DNA of 32,000 bases from Thauera sp. GTDB taxonomy: Bacteria; Pseudomonadota; Gammaproteobacteria; Burkholderiales; Rhodocyclaceae. The notes under the pieces are model-generated. The model searched no databases, had not been told where the DNA came from, and was given only the letters and a program-made list of their open reading frames with translations. The translations under genes were made by a program, and so were the position numbers. Of the stretch, positions 10,944-20,403 are shown one piece after another. The DNA lies in the NCBI RefSeq assembly GCF_034003485.1, contig NZ_JAVEYL010000023.1, positions 27,410-59,409 on the forward strand. Reading direction: 5' to 3'. Position 1 is the first letter of the stretch; every line of letters starts with the position of its first letter.

Positions 10944-11794
10944 TCAATGCTGCCCGCCAGGCGGACGCCCCGCTGCACGTCGCGCTCGACATGCGCCAGG
11001 AAGCGTCTGCCGACGCCAGCCCGGCCGCGGATGCGCTGCAGCCCGCGGTGTGCTTCGGCGCCGTGATGCACGAGCGCCACGTCCAGGCGCACAACCGCTT
11101 CGTCTACCCCACCGCCTTCCTGCGCCTGCCGCTCTCCAGCCTCGACACCCTGCGCGTGCCCTTGCTCGGCATCGAGCGCGCCAATGTGTTCAGCTTTCGC
11201 AACCGCGACCACGGTGCGCGCGACGGCTCGCCGCTGCTGCCGTGGATTCAGGCGCTGCTGCGCGGGCAGGGGCTGGCGGAAATCTGTGATGGCGAGATCG
11301 TGTTGCAGACCATGCCGCGCATCTTCGGCTTCGTGTTCAATCCGGTCAGCTTCTGGCTCTGCCACGACCGCGAAGGCGTCTTGCGTGTGGTGCTGGCCGA
11401 GGTCAGCAACACCTTCGGCGAGCGCCACAACTACCTGGTGCATCACCCCGAGCTGCGCCCGATCGTGTCGGGTGACGAGTTGCGCGCCACCAAGTGCTTC
11501 CACGTCTCGCCCTTCTTCCCGGTACGTGGCGAATATCGCTTCCGTTTCGAGCAGCGCGGTGCGGTGCATGCCGTGGCGATCGACCTCCTGGACGGCGGCG
11601 AGTTGCAGCTCTCCACTCGCCTGTCCGGTCGCGCCGAAGCGCTCGATGGCCGCGCGATGCGCAAATGGCTGGCGCGCCAGCCTTTCATGACCCTGGGCGT
11701 TGTTGCCCGCATCCATTGGCAGGCCCTGCGCCTTGCGCTGCGGCGGGTGAGCTTCTTCCGCAAGCCGCCACCCCCGATCGAGGAGACCACCTGA
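10940..11794 (+). CDS. DUF1365 family protein
   Basis: ORF 10799..11794. GTG 10940 overlaps the upstream stop (GTGA); the alternative start is ATG 10991. The core AVMHERHVQAHNRFVYPTAFLRLPL ... FGFVFNPVSFWLCHD matches my recollection of DUF1365. Confidence 0.75.
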   Translation: MINAARQADAPLHVALDMRQEASADASPAADALQPAVCFGAVMHERHVQAHNRFVYPTAFLRLPLSSLDTLRVPLLGIERANVFSFRNRDHGARDGSPLLPWIQALLRGQGLAEICDGEIVLQTMPRIFGFVFNPVSFWLCHDREGVLRVVLAEVSNTFGERHNYLVHHPELRPIVSGDELRATKCFHVSPFFPVRGEYRFRFEQRGAVHAVAIDLLDGGELQLSTRLSGRAEALDGRAMRKWLARQPFMTLGVVARIHWQALRLALRRVSFFRKPPPPIEETT

Positions 11795-13035
11795 TGAACG
11801 CAGTCGACCACGCCCTGCAGCCGATTGCCGGCGTCCGCCTCGCGCGCATGCCGCGCGCCACCCGCCTGTGCCTGGAGATGCTCGACCGCCTCGACGGCGG
11901 CGCGCTCGCGGTGGAGTTGCCCGACGGATTGCGCCTGCGCGCCGGTCACGGCCCGCTCGTCGCCCACCTGCGCGTGCGCGACCACGCGGTGTTCGACGAG
12001 GTGCTCGCGCGCGGCGACATCGGCTTCGGCGAGGCCTGGATGGACGGCCTGTGGGACACCGAAGACCTCACCGCGCTGCTGCGCCTGCTGTCGACCAACC
12101 GCAGCCGGCTGCAGGGGGCGATCTACGGGCGCCTGTTCCGCCTGCTCGGCCACCGCCTGCAGCATCTGCTGCGAGCCAACACGCGCACCGGTTCGCGGCG
12201 CAACATCGAGGCCCACTACGACCTCGGCAATGATTTCTATGCGCTGTGGCTCGACCCGACGATGACGTATTCGGCCGCGGTGTTCGCGTCGGCGGACGAG
12301 TCGCTGGCCGATGCCCAGTTGCGCAAGTACCGCCGCATCCTCGACGAACTCGGCGCGCAGCCGGGGCAGACCATCCTCGAGGTCGGCTGCGGCTGGGGCG
12401 GCTTCGCCGAGGTCGCCGCCACCGAGTTCGGCTGCAAGGTGCTCGGCATCACGCTGTCGCCGTCGCAACTCGAATTCGCCCGCGCGCGTGCCGAGCGCGG
12501 TGGCTTTGCCGACCGGGTGGATTTCGAGCTGTGCGACTACCGCGACGTGCGTGGCCAGTACGACCACGTGGTGTCGATCGAGATGATCGAGGCGGTGGGC
12601 GAGCGCTTCTGGCCGACCTACTTCGCCCAGCTTTCCGCGTTGCTCAAGCCCGGCGGGCGCTGCGTGGTGCAGGCGATCACGATCGACGACGCGCTGTTCG
12701 CGCGCTATCGGCGCGGCACCGACTTCATCCAGCGCCACGTCTTCCCCGGGGGCATGCTGCCCAGCCCGGGCGCGGTGGCGCAGCAGGCCGCGCGTGTCGG
12801 CCTCGACGTGGTCGGTGACTTCGCCTTCGGCCGCGATTACGCGCGCACGCTCGCGCACTGGCATCGCCGCTTCGAGGCGCAGTCCGCCGCTGTGCGCGCG
12901 CAGGGCTTCCCCGAGCGCTTCCTGCGCATGTGGCGCTTCTACCTGTCGTATTGCGAGGCGGGCTTCGAGACCGGGGACATCGACGTGCATCACTACGTCT
13001 TTGCCCACGCCGGCGCTGCGATCCGGGGAAGCTGA
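11794..13035 (+). CDS. cyclopropane-fatty-acyl-phospholipid-synthase-like SAM-dependent methyltransferase
   Basis: ORF 11494..13035. ATG 11794 overlaps the upstream stop (TGATG). Motifs: HYDLGNDFYALWLDPTMTYSAAVF, the SAM motif ILEVGCGWGGFA, and SIEMIEAVGERFWPTYF. Confidence 0.9.
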   Translation: MNAVDHALQPIAGVRLARMPRATRLCLEMLDRLDGGALAVELPDGLRLRAGHGPLVAHLRVRDHAVFDEVLARGDIGFGEAWMDGLWDTEDLTALLRLLSTNRSRLQGAIYGRLFRLLGHRLQHLLRANTRTGSRRNIEAHYDLGNDFYALWLDPTMTYSAAVFASADESLADAQLRKYRRILDELGAQPGQTILEVGCGWGGFAEVAATEFGCKVLGITLSPSQLEFARARAERGGFADRVDFELCDYRDVRGQYDHVVSIEMIEAVGERFWPTYFAQLSALLKPGGRCVVQAITIDDALFARYRRGTDFIQRHVFPGGMLPSPGAVAQQAARVGLDVVGDFAFGRDYARTLAHWHRRFEAQSAAVRAQGFPERFLRMWRFYLSYCEAGFETGDIDVHHYVFAHAGAAIRGS

Positions 13036-13598
13036 TGGCCTCGCCGCGCTGGTCCGGAGGCGTTTGCCGCGCGGGCATCCTCGCCCTCTGCCTTGCGGTC
13101 GGCTTCCCGGCGTTCGCCGTCGTGCTGCCACCTTCCGTTGCGGCGCAGCATCCAGAGTTCGACCGCGTCGGCGGCGGGGAGATGCGCTGGCTTGGCTTCA
13201 AGCTCTACGACGCCGCGCTGTGGGCGAGTGCGCGTGGCGAGGCGGCGATGGGCGACGCGCATGTGCTGTCGATTCGCTACGCGCGTGCGATCAGCAGCGA
13301 GCGCCTGGTCTCTGTCAGCCTCGACGAGATTCGCCGCCTCGGCGTCTCCGATGAGGCCCGGCTCGCGCGCTGGGGCGAGGCACTCGCCGCCGCTCTGCCC
13401 TCGGTGGAGGCGGGTGACACACTCGCTGCGCTGCACCGACCGGGCGAGGGCGCGCGGTTCTGGCACCAGGGCGAGCCGAGCGGCGAGATCCTCGACCCCG
13501 AGCTGGCGCGCGCCTTCTTCGCCATCTGGCTTGACCCGCGCACGCGCGAACCGGAATTGCGCGCGCAGTTGCTCGGGCTGGCGGACGGCGGGCGATGA
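13035..13598 (+). CDS. chalcone-isomerase-like family protein, secreted
   Basis: ORF 12930..13598. ATG 13035 overlaps the upstream stop (TGATG). It has a signal peptide (GILALCLAVGFPAFA). The LGFKLYDAALWA and FFAIWLDPRT segments resemble the bacterial chalcone-isomerase-like family often seen in this gene cluster. Confidence 0.65.
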   Translation: MASPRWSGGVCRAGILALCLAVGFPAFAVVLPPSVAAQHPEFDRVGGGEMRWLGFKLYDAALWASARGEAAMGDAHVLSIRYARAISSERLVSVSLDEIRRLGVSDEARLARWGEALAAALPSVEAGDTLAALHRPGEGARFWHQGEPSGEILDPELARAFFAIWLDPRTREPELRAQLLGLADGGR

Positions 13599-14992
13599 AA
13601 CCCGGCGCGCCAGACCCGGCCGATGCGGGCTCGGCGCCGACTACTGCGCTCGCAGCCTACGGCGCGCTCGGTCTTCCGCTGGCGTTTGCCGCGCTGCCGA
13701 TCTACGTCCATGTGCCACGGCTCTACGCCGAAGGGCTGGGTCTGTCGCTGGCGCTGGTCGGTGCGGTGCTGCTGGCCGCCCGTATCGTCGATGCGGTCAC
13801 CGACCCGCTGATCGGCTGGGCCAACGACCGCCTGCCGCGGCGCCGGCTGTGGATCGCGCTCGCGCTGCCGGTGCTGGGCGCGGGCATGGTCGGCCTGCTT
13901 GCGCCGCCGGCCGGGGCGGGCGCGCTGTGGCTGTTTGCGCTGCTGGTGCTGGTGTCGCTGGCGTATTCGGTGGCGACCATCGCCTACAACGCGTGGGGGG
14001 CCGAAGTGGGCACCACGTCCGCGGCGCGTACGCGCTTCGTCGCCAGCCGCGAGGCGTTCGCGCTGGTGGGCGTGGTGCTGGCGGCGGCGCTTCCGGGATT
14101 ACTGGGCGCAGGCGAGCTTGCCGGTCTGGCGCGCCTGGCCTGGGTCTTCCTGCCGCTGCTGGCCGGATTCGGGCTGTGGACGCTGTGGCGCGCGCCCGCG
14201 CCTCCCGCGGTACGCGCGGGAACGGCGCCGGTGTGGGCGGGCTTGCGCGCCGCGCTCGGCGAGCCGGCCTTCGCGCGCCTGCTCGCGGTGTTCGCAGCCA
14301 ACGGCATCGCCGCCGCGATCCCCTCGGCCACCGTGCTGTTCTTCGTCGCCGACGTACTGCAGGCGGCCGAGCTCGGCGGCCTCTTCCTGGTGCTGTATTT
14401 CGTCGCCGCCGCAGCCAGCTTGCCGCTGTGGCTGAGGGTGTCGCAGCGCATCGGCAAGTTGCGCGCCTGGCTGGCCAGCATGGTGCTGGCGGTGGCGGTG
14501 TTCGCGTGGGCAGGTCTGCTCGGCAATGGCGACCTGGTCGCCTACGGCTTGATCTGCGTGCTCTCGGGGCTGGCGCTCGGCGCCGACCTCAGCCTGCCGC
14601 CCTCGCTGCTCGCCGACCTGCTCGCGCGCAGCCGCGCGGAGCGGCATGCAGATGAGCGAGCGGAAGACGGGGGGCGAGCGCAGGGTCGGGTGAAAGCCCA
14701 GCCTGCGTCACTCGAGGCCGGCGCCTGCTTCGGCTGGTGGAACTTCGTCACCAAGGCCAACCTGGCGCTCGCCGCCGGGCTGGCGCTGCCGCTGCTTGCG
14801 CTGCTCGGTTATGCACCCGGTGCACGCGACGCAGCGGCGACCGCCGCGCTTGCCGGTGTGTATGGCTTCGTGCCGGTGGTGCTCAAGCTCGGCGCGATCG
14901 CGCTGTTGTGGCGCTGGCGTGGCTTGATCGAGCCCGCGCTGCCCGTCGCCCCGCCGTTGGCGGCGGCTGTTTGCAGAGGAGGTGAGGCGTGA
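13595..14992 (+). CDS. MFS transporter (GPH/MelB-like)
   Basis: ORF 13595..14992. It has about 12 hydrophobic helices and the RIVDAVTDPLIGWANDR motif typical of the GPH family. ATGA overlaps the upstream gene. Confidence 0.8.
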   Translation: MKPGAPDPADAGSAPTTALAAYGALGLPLAFAALPIYVHVPRLYAEGLGLSLALVGAVLLAARIVDAVTDPLIGWANDRLPRRRLWIALALPVLGAGMVGLLAPPAGAGALWLFALLVLVSLAYSVATIAYNAWGAEVGTTSAARTRFVASREAFALVGVVLAAALPGLLGAGELAGLARLAWVFLPLLAGFGLWTLWRAPAPPAVRAGTAPVWAGLRAALGEPAFARLLAVFAANGIAAAIPSATVLFFVADVLQAAELGGLFLVLYFVAAAASLPLWLRVSQRIGKLRAWLASMVLAVAVFAWAGLLGNGDLVAYGLICVLSGLALGADLSLPPSLLADLLARSRAERHADERAEDGGRAQGRVKAQPASLEAGACFGWWNFVTKANLALAAGLALPLLALLGYAPGARDAAATAALAGVYGFVPVVLKLGAIALLWRWRGLIEPALPVAPPLAAAVCRGGEA

Positions 14993-15522
14993 AACGTTTC
15001 TGGTTGCTATTTGTGGCCCTTTTCGGGCTGTGGGGGTGCAGTACCGTGGACATCGAGGACTACCGCGCGGAAAAGCCCGTGCTCGAACTTCGCGACTACT
15101 TCAACGGCACGCTCGACGCCTGGGGCATTTTCCAGGACCGCTCGGGCAAGGTGGTCAAGCGCTTTCATGTGCTGATCGAGGCGAGCTGGCAGGGCGAGGT
15201 CGGCACGCTCGACGAGCGCTTCACCTATTCCGACGGCAGCACCCAGCGCCGGGTGTGGACCATCACCCGCCTCGGCGCAGGGCGCTACACCGGCCGTGCC
15301 GACGACGTGGTCGGCGAGGCGAACGGCGAAGCGGCGGGCAACGCGCTGCGCTGGCGCTACGTGCTCGCGCTGCCGGTGGATGGCAAGGTGTACAACGTCG
15401 ATTTCGACGACTGGATGTTCCTGATGGACGACAAGGTCATGCTCAACCGGTCGCTGATGAGCAAGTGGGGCTTTCGCCTCGGCGAAGTTACGCTGAGCTT
15501 CGTCAAGCGGGAGGCGGGGTGA
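14989..15522 (+). CDS. DUF3833 family lipoprotein
   Basis: ORF 14989..15522. GTG overlaps the MFS stop (GTGA), with GAGGAGG upstream. It has a lipobox (LFGLWGC). The LRDYFNGTLDAWGIFQDRSGKVV and FDDWMFLMDD segments match my recollection of DUF3833. Confidence 0.75.
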   Translation: MKRFWLLFVALFGLWGCSTVDIEDYRAEKPVLELRDYFNGTLDAWGIFQDRSGKVVKRFHVLIEASWQGEVGTLDERFTYSDGSTQRRVWTITRLGAGRYTGRADDVVGEANGEAAGNALRWRYVLALPVDGKVYNVDFDDWMFLMDDKVMLNRSLMSKWGFRLGEVTLSFVKREAG

Positions 15523-16328
15523 GCAGCGAATCGGGCAGGCTGCGGCGTCTGTTTGCTCCGCTCAACACGCCGATTTGCGACTGGGCGGGCAGGCGGGTGT
15601 GGATCGTCGGCGCCTCGTCGGGCATCGGCGAGGCGCTCGCGCTCGAGCTCTCCCGCCGTGGCGCCCGCCTGGCGCTGTCGGCGCGCAGCGCGGAACGTCT
15701 GGAGGCCGCATGCACGGCGTGCGGGGGCGCACTCGCGCTGCCAATGGATCTGTCCCGCGACGGAGAAATCGAGCAGGCACGCGACCAACTGCTCGCCGCC
15801 TGGGGCGGTATCGACCTCGTCGTGTTCAATGCCGGCACCTATCGCCCGCTGCGCGCCTGGGAGCTAACGGCAGAAGCTGTGCGCGAAACGCTCGCCACCA
15901 ACCTCATCGGCACCATGAGCGGCACCGCCGCCGTGCTGCAGACGCTGCTCGAACAGGGCCATGGCGCGATCGCGCTGGTCGGCAGCGTTGCCGGTTACGG
16001 CGGGCTGCCGAAGGCGACGGTGTATGGCCCGTCCAAGGCCGCGCTGATCAACTTCGCCGAGGTCCTTCACCTCGACCTCGCCCCGCGCGGCATCGACGTA
16101 TTCCTGATCAACCCCGGCTTCGTCGCCACGCCGCTGACCGCGCAGAACGACTTCACCATGCCCGCGCTGCTCACACCGGCGCAGGCTGCCGATGCGATCG
16201 TTGACGGCTTCGCCAGCGGAGCTTTCGAGATCCACTTCCCGAAGCGCTTCACCCGCGTGTTGAAGCTGCTGCAATGGCTGCCGCGGCGCGTCTATTTCGC
16301 GCTGATCCGCCGCGCCACCGGCTTGTGA
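15519..16328 (+). CDS. SDR family oxidoreductase
   Basis: This is the in-frame part of ORF 14982..16328, from GTG 15519 (GTGA overlap). It has the cofactor motif VWIVGASSGIGEA, NAG, and the catalytic YGPSKAA. Confidence 0.85.
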   Translation: MSSESGRLRRLFAPLNTPICDWAGRRVWIVGASSGIGEALALELSRRGARLALSARSAERLEAACTACGGALALPMDLSRDGEIEQARDQLLAAWGGIDLVVFNAGTYRPLRAWELTAEAVRETLATNLIGTMSGTAAVLQTLLEQGHGAIALVGSVAGYGGLPKATVYGPSKAALINFAEVLHLDLAPRGIDVFLINPGFVATPLTAQNDFTMPALLTPAQAADAIVDGFASGAFEIHFPKRFTRVLKLLQWLPRRVYFALIRRATGL

Positions 16329-16339
16329 ACTTGCCCGCC

Positions 16340-16891
16340 ATGACCAAGCTCTACCCTCCGCACCACACGCCCCCGGGCACCTCGACCCCGGGCGCATCCA
16401 GCGTGGGAGCGGGCTTGCCCGCGAACGCAGCCTCGCCGGCAGAACCTTCGCGGGCAAGCCCGCTCCCACGGCAAACGCCCGCACGGCGCCTGGCGCACTT
16501 CTACGAAACCCTCACGCCGGACAGTCTCGCAGCGCTCGACGCGCTCTACGCCCCCGACGCCCGCTTCAAGGACCCCTTCAACGAGGTCACTGGCACCGCC
16601 GCCATCCGCCGCATCTTCGCGCACATGTTCGCCACCACCGACGCGCCGCGCTTCCTGGTCACGGCGTGCATCGAGCAGGGCGAGCAGGCGATGCTGGGCT
16701 GGGAGTTCCACTTCGCGCTGCGCGGGCGCGCGCTGACCGTGCGCGGCGTCACGCATCTGCGCTTCGACGCCGACGGCCGGGTCGTGCTGCACCGCGATTA
16801 CTGGGATGCCGCCGAGGAGCTGTACGAGAAGCTGCCAGTGGTCGGAGGCCTGATGAGGGCGCTCAAGCGCCGGCTGAGCGCGACGGGCTGA
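16340..16891 (+). CDS. NTF2/SnoaL-like family protein
   Basis: ORF 16274..16891. The domain begins at about LAHFYETLTPDSLAALDALYAPDARFKDPFNEV. The start is uncertain: ATG 16340 places a REP-like element inside the N-terminal coding part, and an in-frame GTG lies at 16403. Confidence 0.65.
   Translation: MTKLYPPHHTPPGTSTPGASSVGAGLPANAASPAEPSRASPLPRQTPARRLAHFYETLTPDSLAALDALYAPDARFKDPFNEVTGTAAIRRIFAHMFATTDAPRFLVTACIEQGEQAMLGWEFHFALRGRALTVRGVTHLRFDADGRVVLHRDYWDAAEELYEKLPVVGGLMRALKRRLSATG
16403..16469. repeat. REP-like inverted repeat element, copy 2
   Basis: GTGGGAGCGGGCTTGCCCGCGAA (16403..16425), a 21-nt spacer, then TTCGCGGGCAAGCCCGCTCCCAC (16447..16469). The arms are perfectly complementary and match copy 1 at 2602..2670. 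Confidence 0.8.
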
Positions 16892-16924
16892 GTGGCCCGA
16901 TGAACACGCGGCGGGTTGCGCACC

Positions 16925-17368
16925 TCAATGCGACTTTCCCGCGGCTTGCCACAGATCGATGAACTCGGTCGGTGTGATGACGGCACTGCCCGGACGGGGT
17001 CTGTCCAGCAGCAGGCGATCTCCGGTTATCAGGACCGCGCTCGTGGTGTTGGCGAGCAGCGCCCAAAGATGAGCATCGCCAGGGTCTGGAGCTTCGTGAG
17101 CCGTGTCGTCCGCGGCTTCCTGCCACATCGCGTTTGCGACGATTTCGGTCAGCAAAACGTCGATCTGTGCTTCATCGAGCCCATGCAATCGGGCCAGTTT
17201 GGGGCGCAGCAGGACGGCGCGATATTCGGCGAGCAGCGCCGGCGAGACCACGTGGATCAAGCTTCCGTCGAGCATGGCGTCGACGATCCTGGTGGTTGGA
17301 CTGCCGGGCTCGGCACTGATCAGCCCGGATACGAGTACGTTGGTATCGACGATGAAAATGCGCTTCAT
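16925..17368 (-). CDS. PIN-domain toxin (type II TA)
   Basis: ORF 16925..17368. It begins MKRIFIVDTNVLVS with an acidic PIN residue and has AVLITGDRLLL near the C-terminus. ATGA overlaps the upstream RHH gene. Confidence 0.8.
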   Translation of the reverse strand: MKRIFIVDTNVLVSGLISAEPGSPTTRIVDAMLDGSLIHVVSPALLAEYRAVLLRPKLARLHGLDEAQIDVLLTEIVANAMWQEAADDTAHEAPDPGDAHLWALLANTTSAVLITGDRLLLDRPRPGSAVITPTEFIDLWQAAGKSH

Positions 17369-17604
17369 CCCGGCCGACGTGCCTGGCGGGTTTCTTCGGT
17401 TGCCAGATCCAGTGCTTCGGCTTCGGATAGTTTAGATCTGCTGCGCGCACGCGCCACCAGATCCCGTGCGCTTTCCACCGGCTTGATGCCTCGCAGCACA
17501 AGGCTCTCTTCAATGATCTTGGTGATCGAACGGCCCTGGCGCGCGGCCGTCTCCTTCAGTGCGCGGTAGAGCGAGTCTTCGAGGGTGATCGTGAGTCGGC
17601 TCAT
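17365..17604 (-). CDS. ribbon-helix-helix (CopG-like) antitoxin
   Basis: This is the in-frame part of ORF 17365..17796, from ATG 17604 with AGGAAG upstream. MSRLTITLEDSLYRALKETAARQGRSITKIIEESL is a typical RHH N-terminus. Confidence 0.75.
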   Translation of the reverse strand: MSRLTITLEDSLYRALKETAARQGRSITKIIEESLVLRGIKPVESARDLVARARSRSKLSEAEALDLATEETRQARRPG

Positions 17605-17801
17605 GGTGACTTCCTGATGGTAGATGCAGTTTTGTGCGGTTAACAAATAGCACCAAAACATCATCACATCAACGTGTGCGAATTCAGGCGCAGTATCTTC
17701 TCCCGGGTCTCCTGCGACGATCCGTCGCACATCGGCTGACCCGACCCCGCAAGGCGGACTATCATCTGCCGCTGATAGAACACAACATACAGGCACGCCT
17801 C

Positions 17802-18404
17802 ATGCTTTCACGCCGTCACGCTGTCTCCCGCCTCATTGCCGTGCCGCTGCTCGCTCTCGGCCTGCTCGGCGGCTGCACGCCTTCCGAGCCGGTGTTCAAG
17901 AGCACCGACATCACCGGCGCCGACTACGGCAAGAACTTCGCCCTCACCGACCACCACGGCCAGCCGCGCACGCTGGCCGACTTCAAGGGCAAGGTCGTCA
18001 CCATCTTCTTCGGCTACACCCAGTGCCCCGACGTCTGCCCCACCGCGCTGTCGGGCATGAGCACGGTGATGGAGGAACTCGGCCCGGACGCGGACCGCGT
18101 GCAGGTGATCTTCGTCACCGTCGACCCCGAGCGCGACACGCAGGAGCTGCTGGCCGAATACGTGCCGGTGTTCGACAAGCGCTTCCTCGGCATGTACGGC
18201 ACGTTGGACAAGATCGCCGAGATCGCCAAGGATTTTCGTGTGTTTTACCGCAAGAGCGGCGACCTGCAAGGCCACTACACCATCGACCACACGGCCGGCA
18301 CCTACGTCTTCGGGCCGGACGGGCGGCTGCGGCTGTACATGCGGCACGCCGAAGACCCGATGGTGGTCGCGGCGGACATCAAGGCATTGCTGGCGGGGAA
18401 GTGA
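17802..18404 (+). CDS. SCO1/SenC family copper chaperone
   Basis: This is the in-frame part of ORF 17634..18404, from ATG 17802. It has a lipoprotein-like signal (LLALGLLGGC) and a thioredoxin-fold CxxxC (FFGYTQCPDVCPTAL) plus the conserved H in IDHTAG. Confidence 0.9.
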   Translation: MLSRRHAVSRLIAVPLLALGLLGGCTPSEPVFKSTDITGADYGKNFALTDHHGQPRTLADFKGKVVTIFFGYTQCPDVCPTALSGMSTVMEELGPDADRVQVIFVTVDPERDTQELLAEYVPVFDKRFLGMYGTLDKIAEIAKDFRVFYRKSGDLQGHYTIDHTAGTYVFGPDGRLRLYMRHAEDPMVVAADIKALLAGK

Positions 18405-18410
18405 GGCAAG

Positions 18411-18743
18411 TCACCGAATTTCGACGATGCGCTCGCCGCTTTCGAGCGCCGCTTGCAGAAGCGGCAGTACCGATTCGAAAGCACTCATCAAGGCCTGCTT
18501 GCGGCAGTTCCCGAGGCGAACCCATACGACTTGAGGTGGAATGCGCTCCAGTCGATCTGAAGGGAGGCGAAAATCATCGTCTTTCGTGACGACGACGAGC
18601 CCCTCCTCCTTCGCTCGATACCAGATCTCTGCATCGGGAGCTTTGTCCAGCCCAAGATCGGAGACATGGCGAGCATCCAGCCCTTTGCCGGAAAGCCAGC
18701 GCGCAAGCGCAATGGGTAGTTGCGCGTCGACGAGGAACTTCAC
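18411..18743 (-). CDS. DUF5615 family PIN-like protein (putative toxin)
   Basis: ORF 18411..18743. It begins MKFLVDAQLP and contains VVTKDDDF. It overlaps by 4 nt with the upstream DUF433 gene, the usual DUF433/DUF5615 pair. Confidence 0.7.
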   Translation of the reverse strand: MKFLVDAQLPIALARWLSGKGLDARHVSDLGLDKAPDAEIWYRAKEEGLVVVTKDDDFRLPSDRLERIPPQVVWVRLGNCRKQALMSAFESVLPLLQAALESGERIVEIR

Positions 18744-18976
18744 GCAGCGATCAGAACCGGGTGGTCAGCCTGTCGGGCGGCGTATTCAAGCACCGCGCGG
18801 ATGTCCGCTTCCTCCAGCACGGGATAGTCTTCGAGGATCTCAGCCGGACTCGCGCCCGCACTCAGTAGGCTCAACACGTCGGAAACACGGATGCGAAAAC
18901 CGCGGATGCACGGGCGTCCTCCGCATTGGTCGGGGGAGATCGTGATGCGTTTGATCAGGTCGAGTCCAGCTACCAT
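18740..18976 (-). CDS. DUF433 domain protein (putative antitoxin)
   Basis: ORF 18740..18976. It carries the signature ISPDQCGGRPCIRGFRIRVSDVLSLL. Confidence 0.8.
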   Translation of the reverse strand: MVAGLDLIKRITISPDQCGGRPCIRGFRIRVSDVLSLLSAGASPAEILEDYPVLEEADIRAVLEYAARQADHPVLIAA

Positions 18977-19046
18977 GTCGCCCTCCCGTTGATACTGCTC
19001 AGTTGGTGTGGGCAGTATAGCTGCGCAAGATTCCGGTTGCGGAAGC

Positions 19047-19898
<852 letters not shown>

Positions 19899-19925
19899 GG
19901 GCTTGGATCCTCCTTGCGCTGCCAT

Positions 19926-19952
19926 TTTAGCACTCGGGGCGTGAGAGTGCTA
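19926..19952. promoter_or_regulatory. CIRCE element (HrcA operator) upstream of rpoH
   Basis: TTAGCACTC (19926..19934), N9, GAGTGCTAA (19944..19952). This is a perfect match to the CIRCE consensus TTAGCACTC-N9-GAGTGCTAA, 28 bp upstream of the rpoH ATG. Confidence 0.8.
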
Positions 19953-19983
19953 AGGGGCGGCGGGAGTTCCAGGGTGGCCTTTT

Positions 19984-20403
19984 TCAGTCTTTTTCGGCGG
20001 ACACCCAGTCCTCGACGCGCAAACCCGAAATGCGCCTGAACTCGCGCGTATTGTGGGTGACCAGGGTGGCGTTTTCGGCCAGTGCGTGACAGGCGATCCA
20101 CAGGTCGTTCCCCCCGATCGGTGTGCCTGCCTCCTTCAGGCGGGTGGCCTGTTCCGCGTAATGCCGGCAGATGGCGGGGTCGACGGGATAGCGCACCGGT
20201 ACCTGGCGTGCCAGGGCGTTCAGCCGCCGCAGTACCTCCGCCTTGCGAGTGCTGCGCTCGGCGCCCTTCAGCAACTCGGCCCAGGTCACGAAAGACATGC
20301 ACAGTGTGTCACTTTCGGGGAGTGCGTCGATGCGCTGCGCGATGCCGGGCGGCTGGTTCTTGATCAGGTAGATCAGGATATTGGTGTCGAGCAGGTAGAT
20401 CAC
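19984..20403 (-). CDS. vapC: type II toxin VapC (PIN domain)
   Basis: ORF 19984..20403. It begins MIYLLDTNILIYLIKN and contains IGGNDLWIACHALAENATLVTHNTREF. There is a 4-nt overlap with vapB. Confidence 0.85.
   Translation of the reverse strand: MIYLLDTNILIYLIKNQPPGIAQRIDALPESDTLCMSFVTWAELLKGAERSTRKAEVLRRLNALARQVPVRYPVDPAICRHYAEQATRLKEAGTPIGGNDLWIACHALAENATLVTHNTREFRRISGLRVEDWVSAEKD

Noticed and set aside
11443-13131. 562-aa minus-strand ORF; also 13093..14655 plus (520 aa) and 10808..11716 minus
   Set aside because: They are antisense or off-frame to the CFA-synthase-like, MFS and DUF1365 genes. Their composition is Arg/Ala/Gly-rich, as in shadow ORFs.
17713-17729. Hairpin TGCGACG-ATC-CGTCGCA upstream of SCO1
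   Set aside because: It has a short stem with no T-run and lies in an intergenic region that also holds the RHH antitoxin operator candidates. The evidence is insufficient to call a terminator or a regulatory site.
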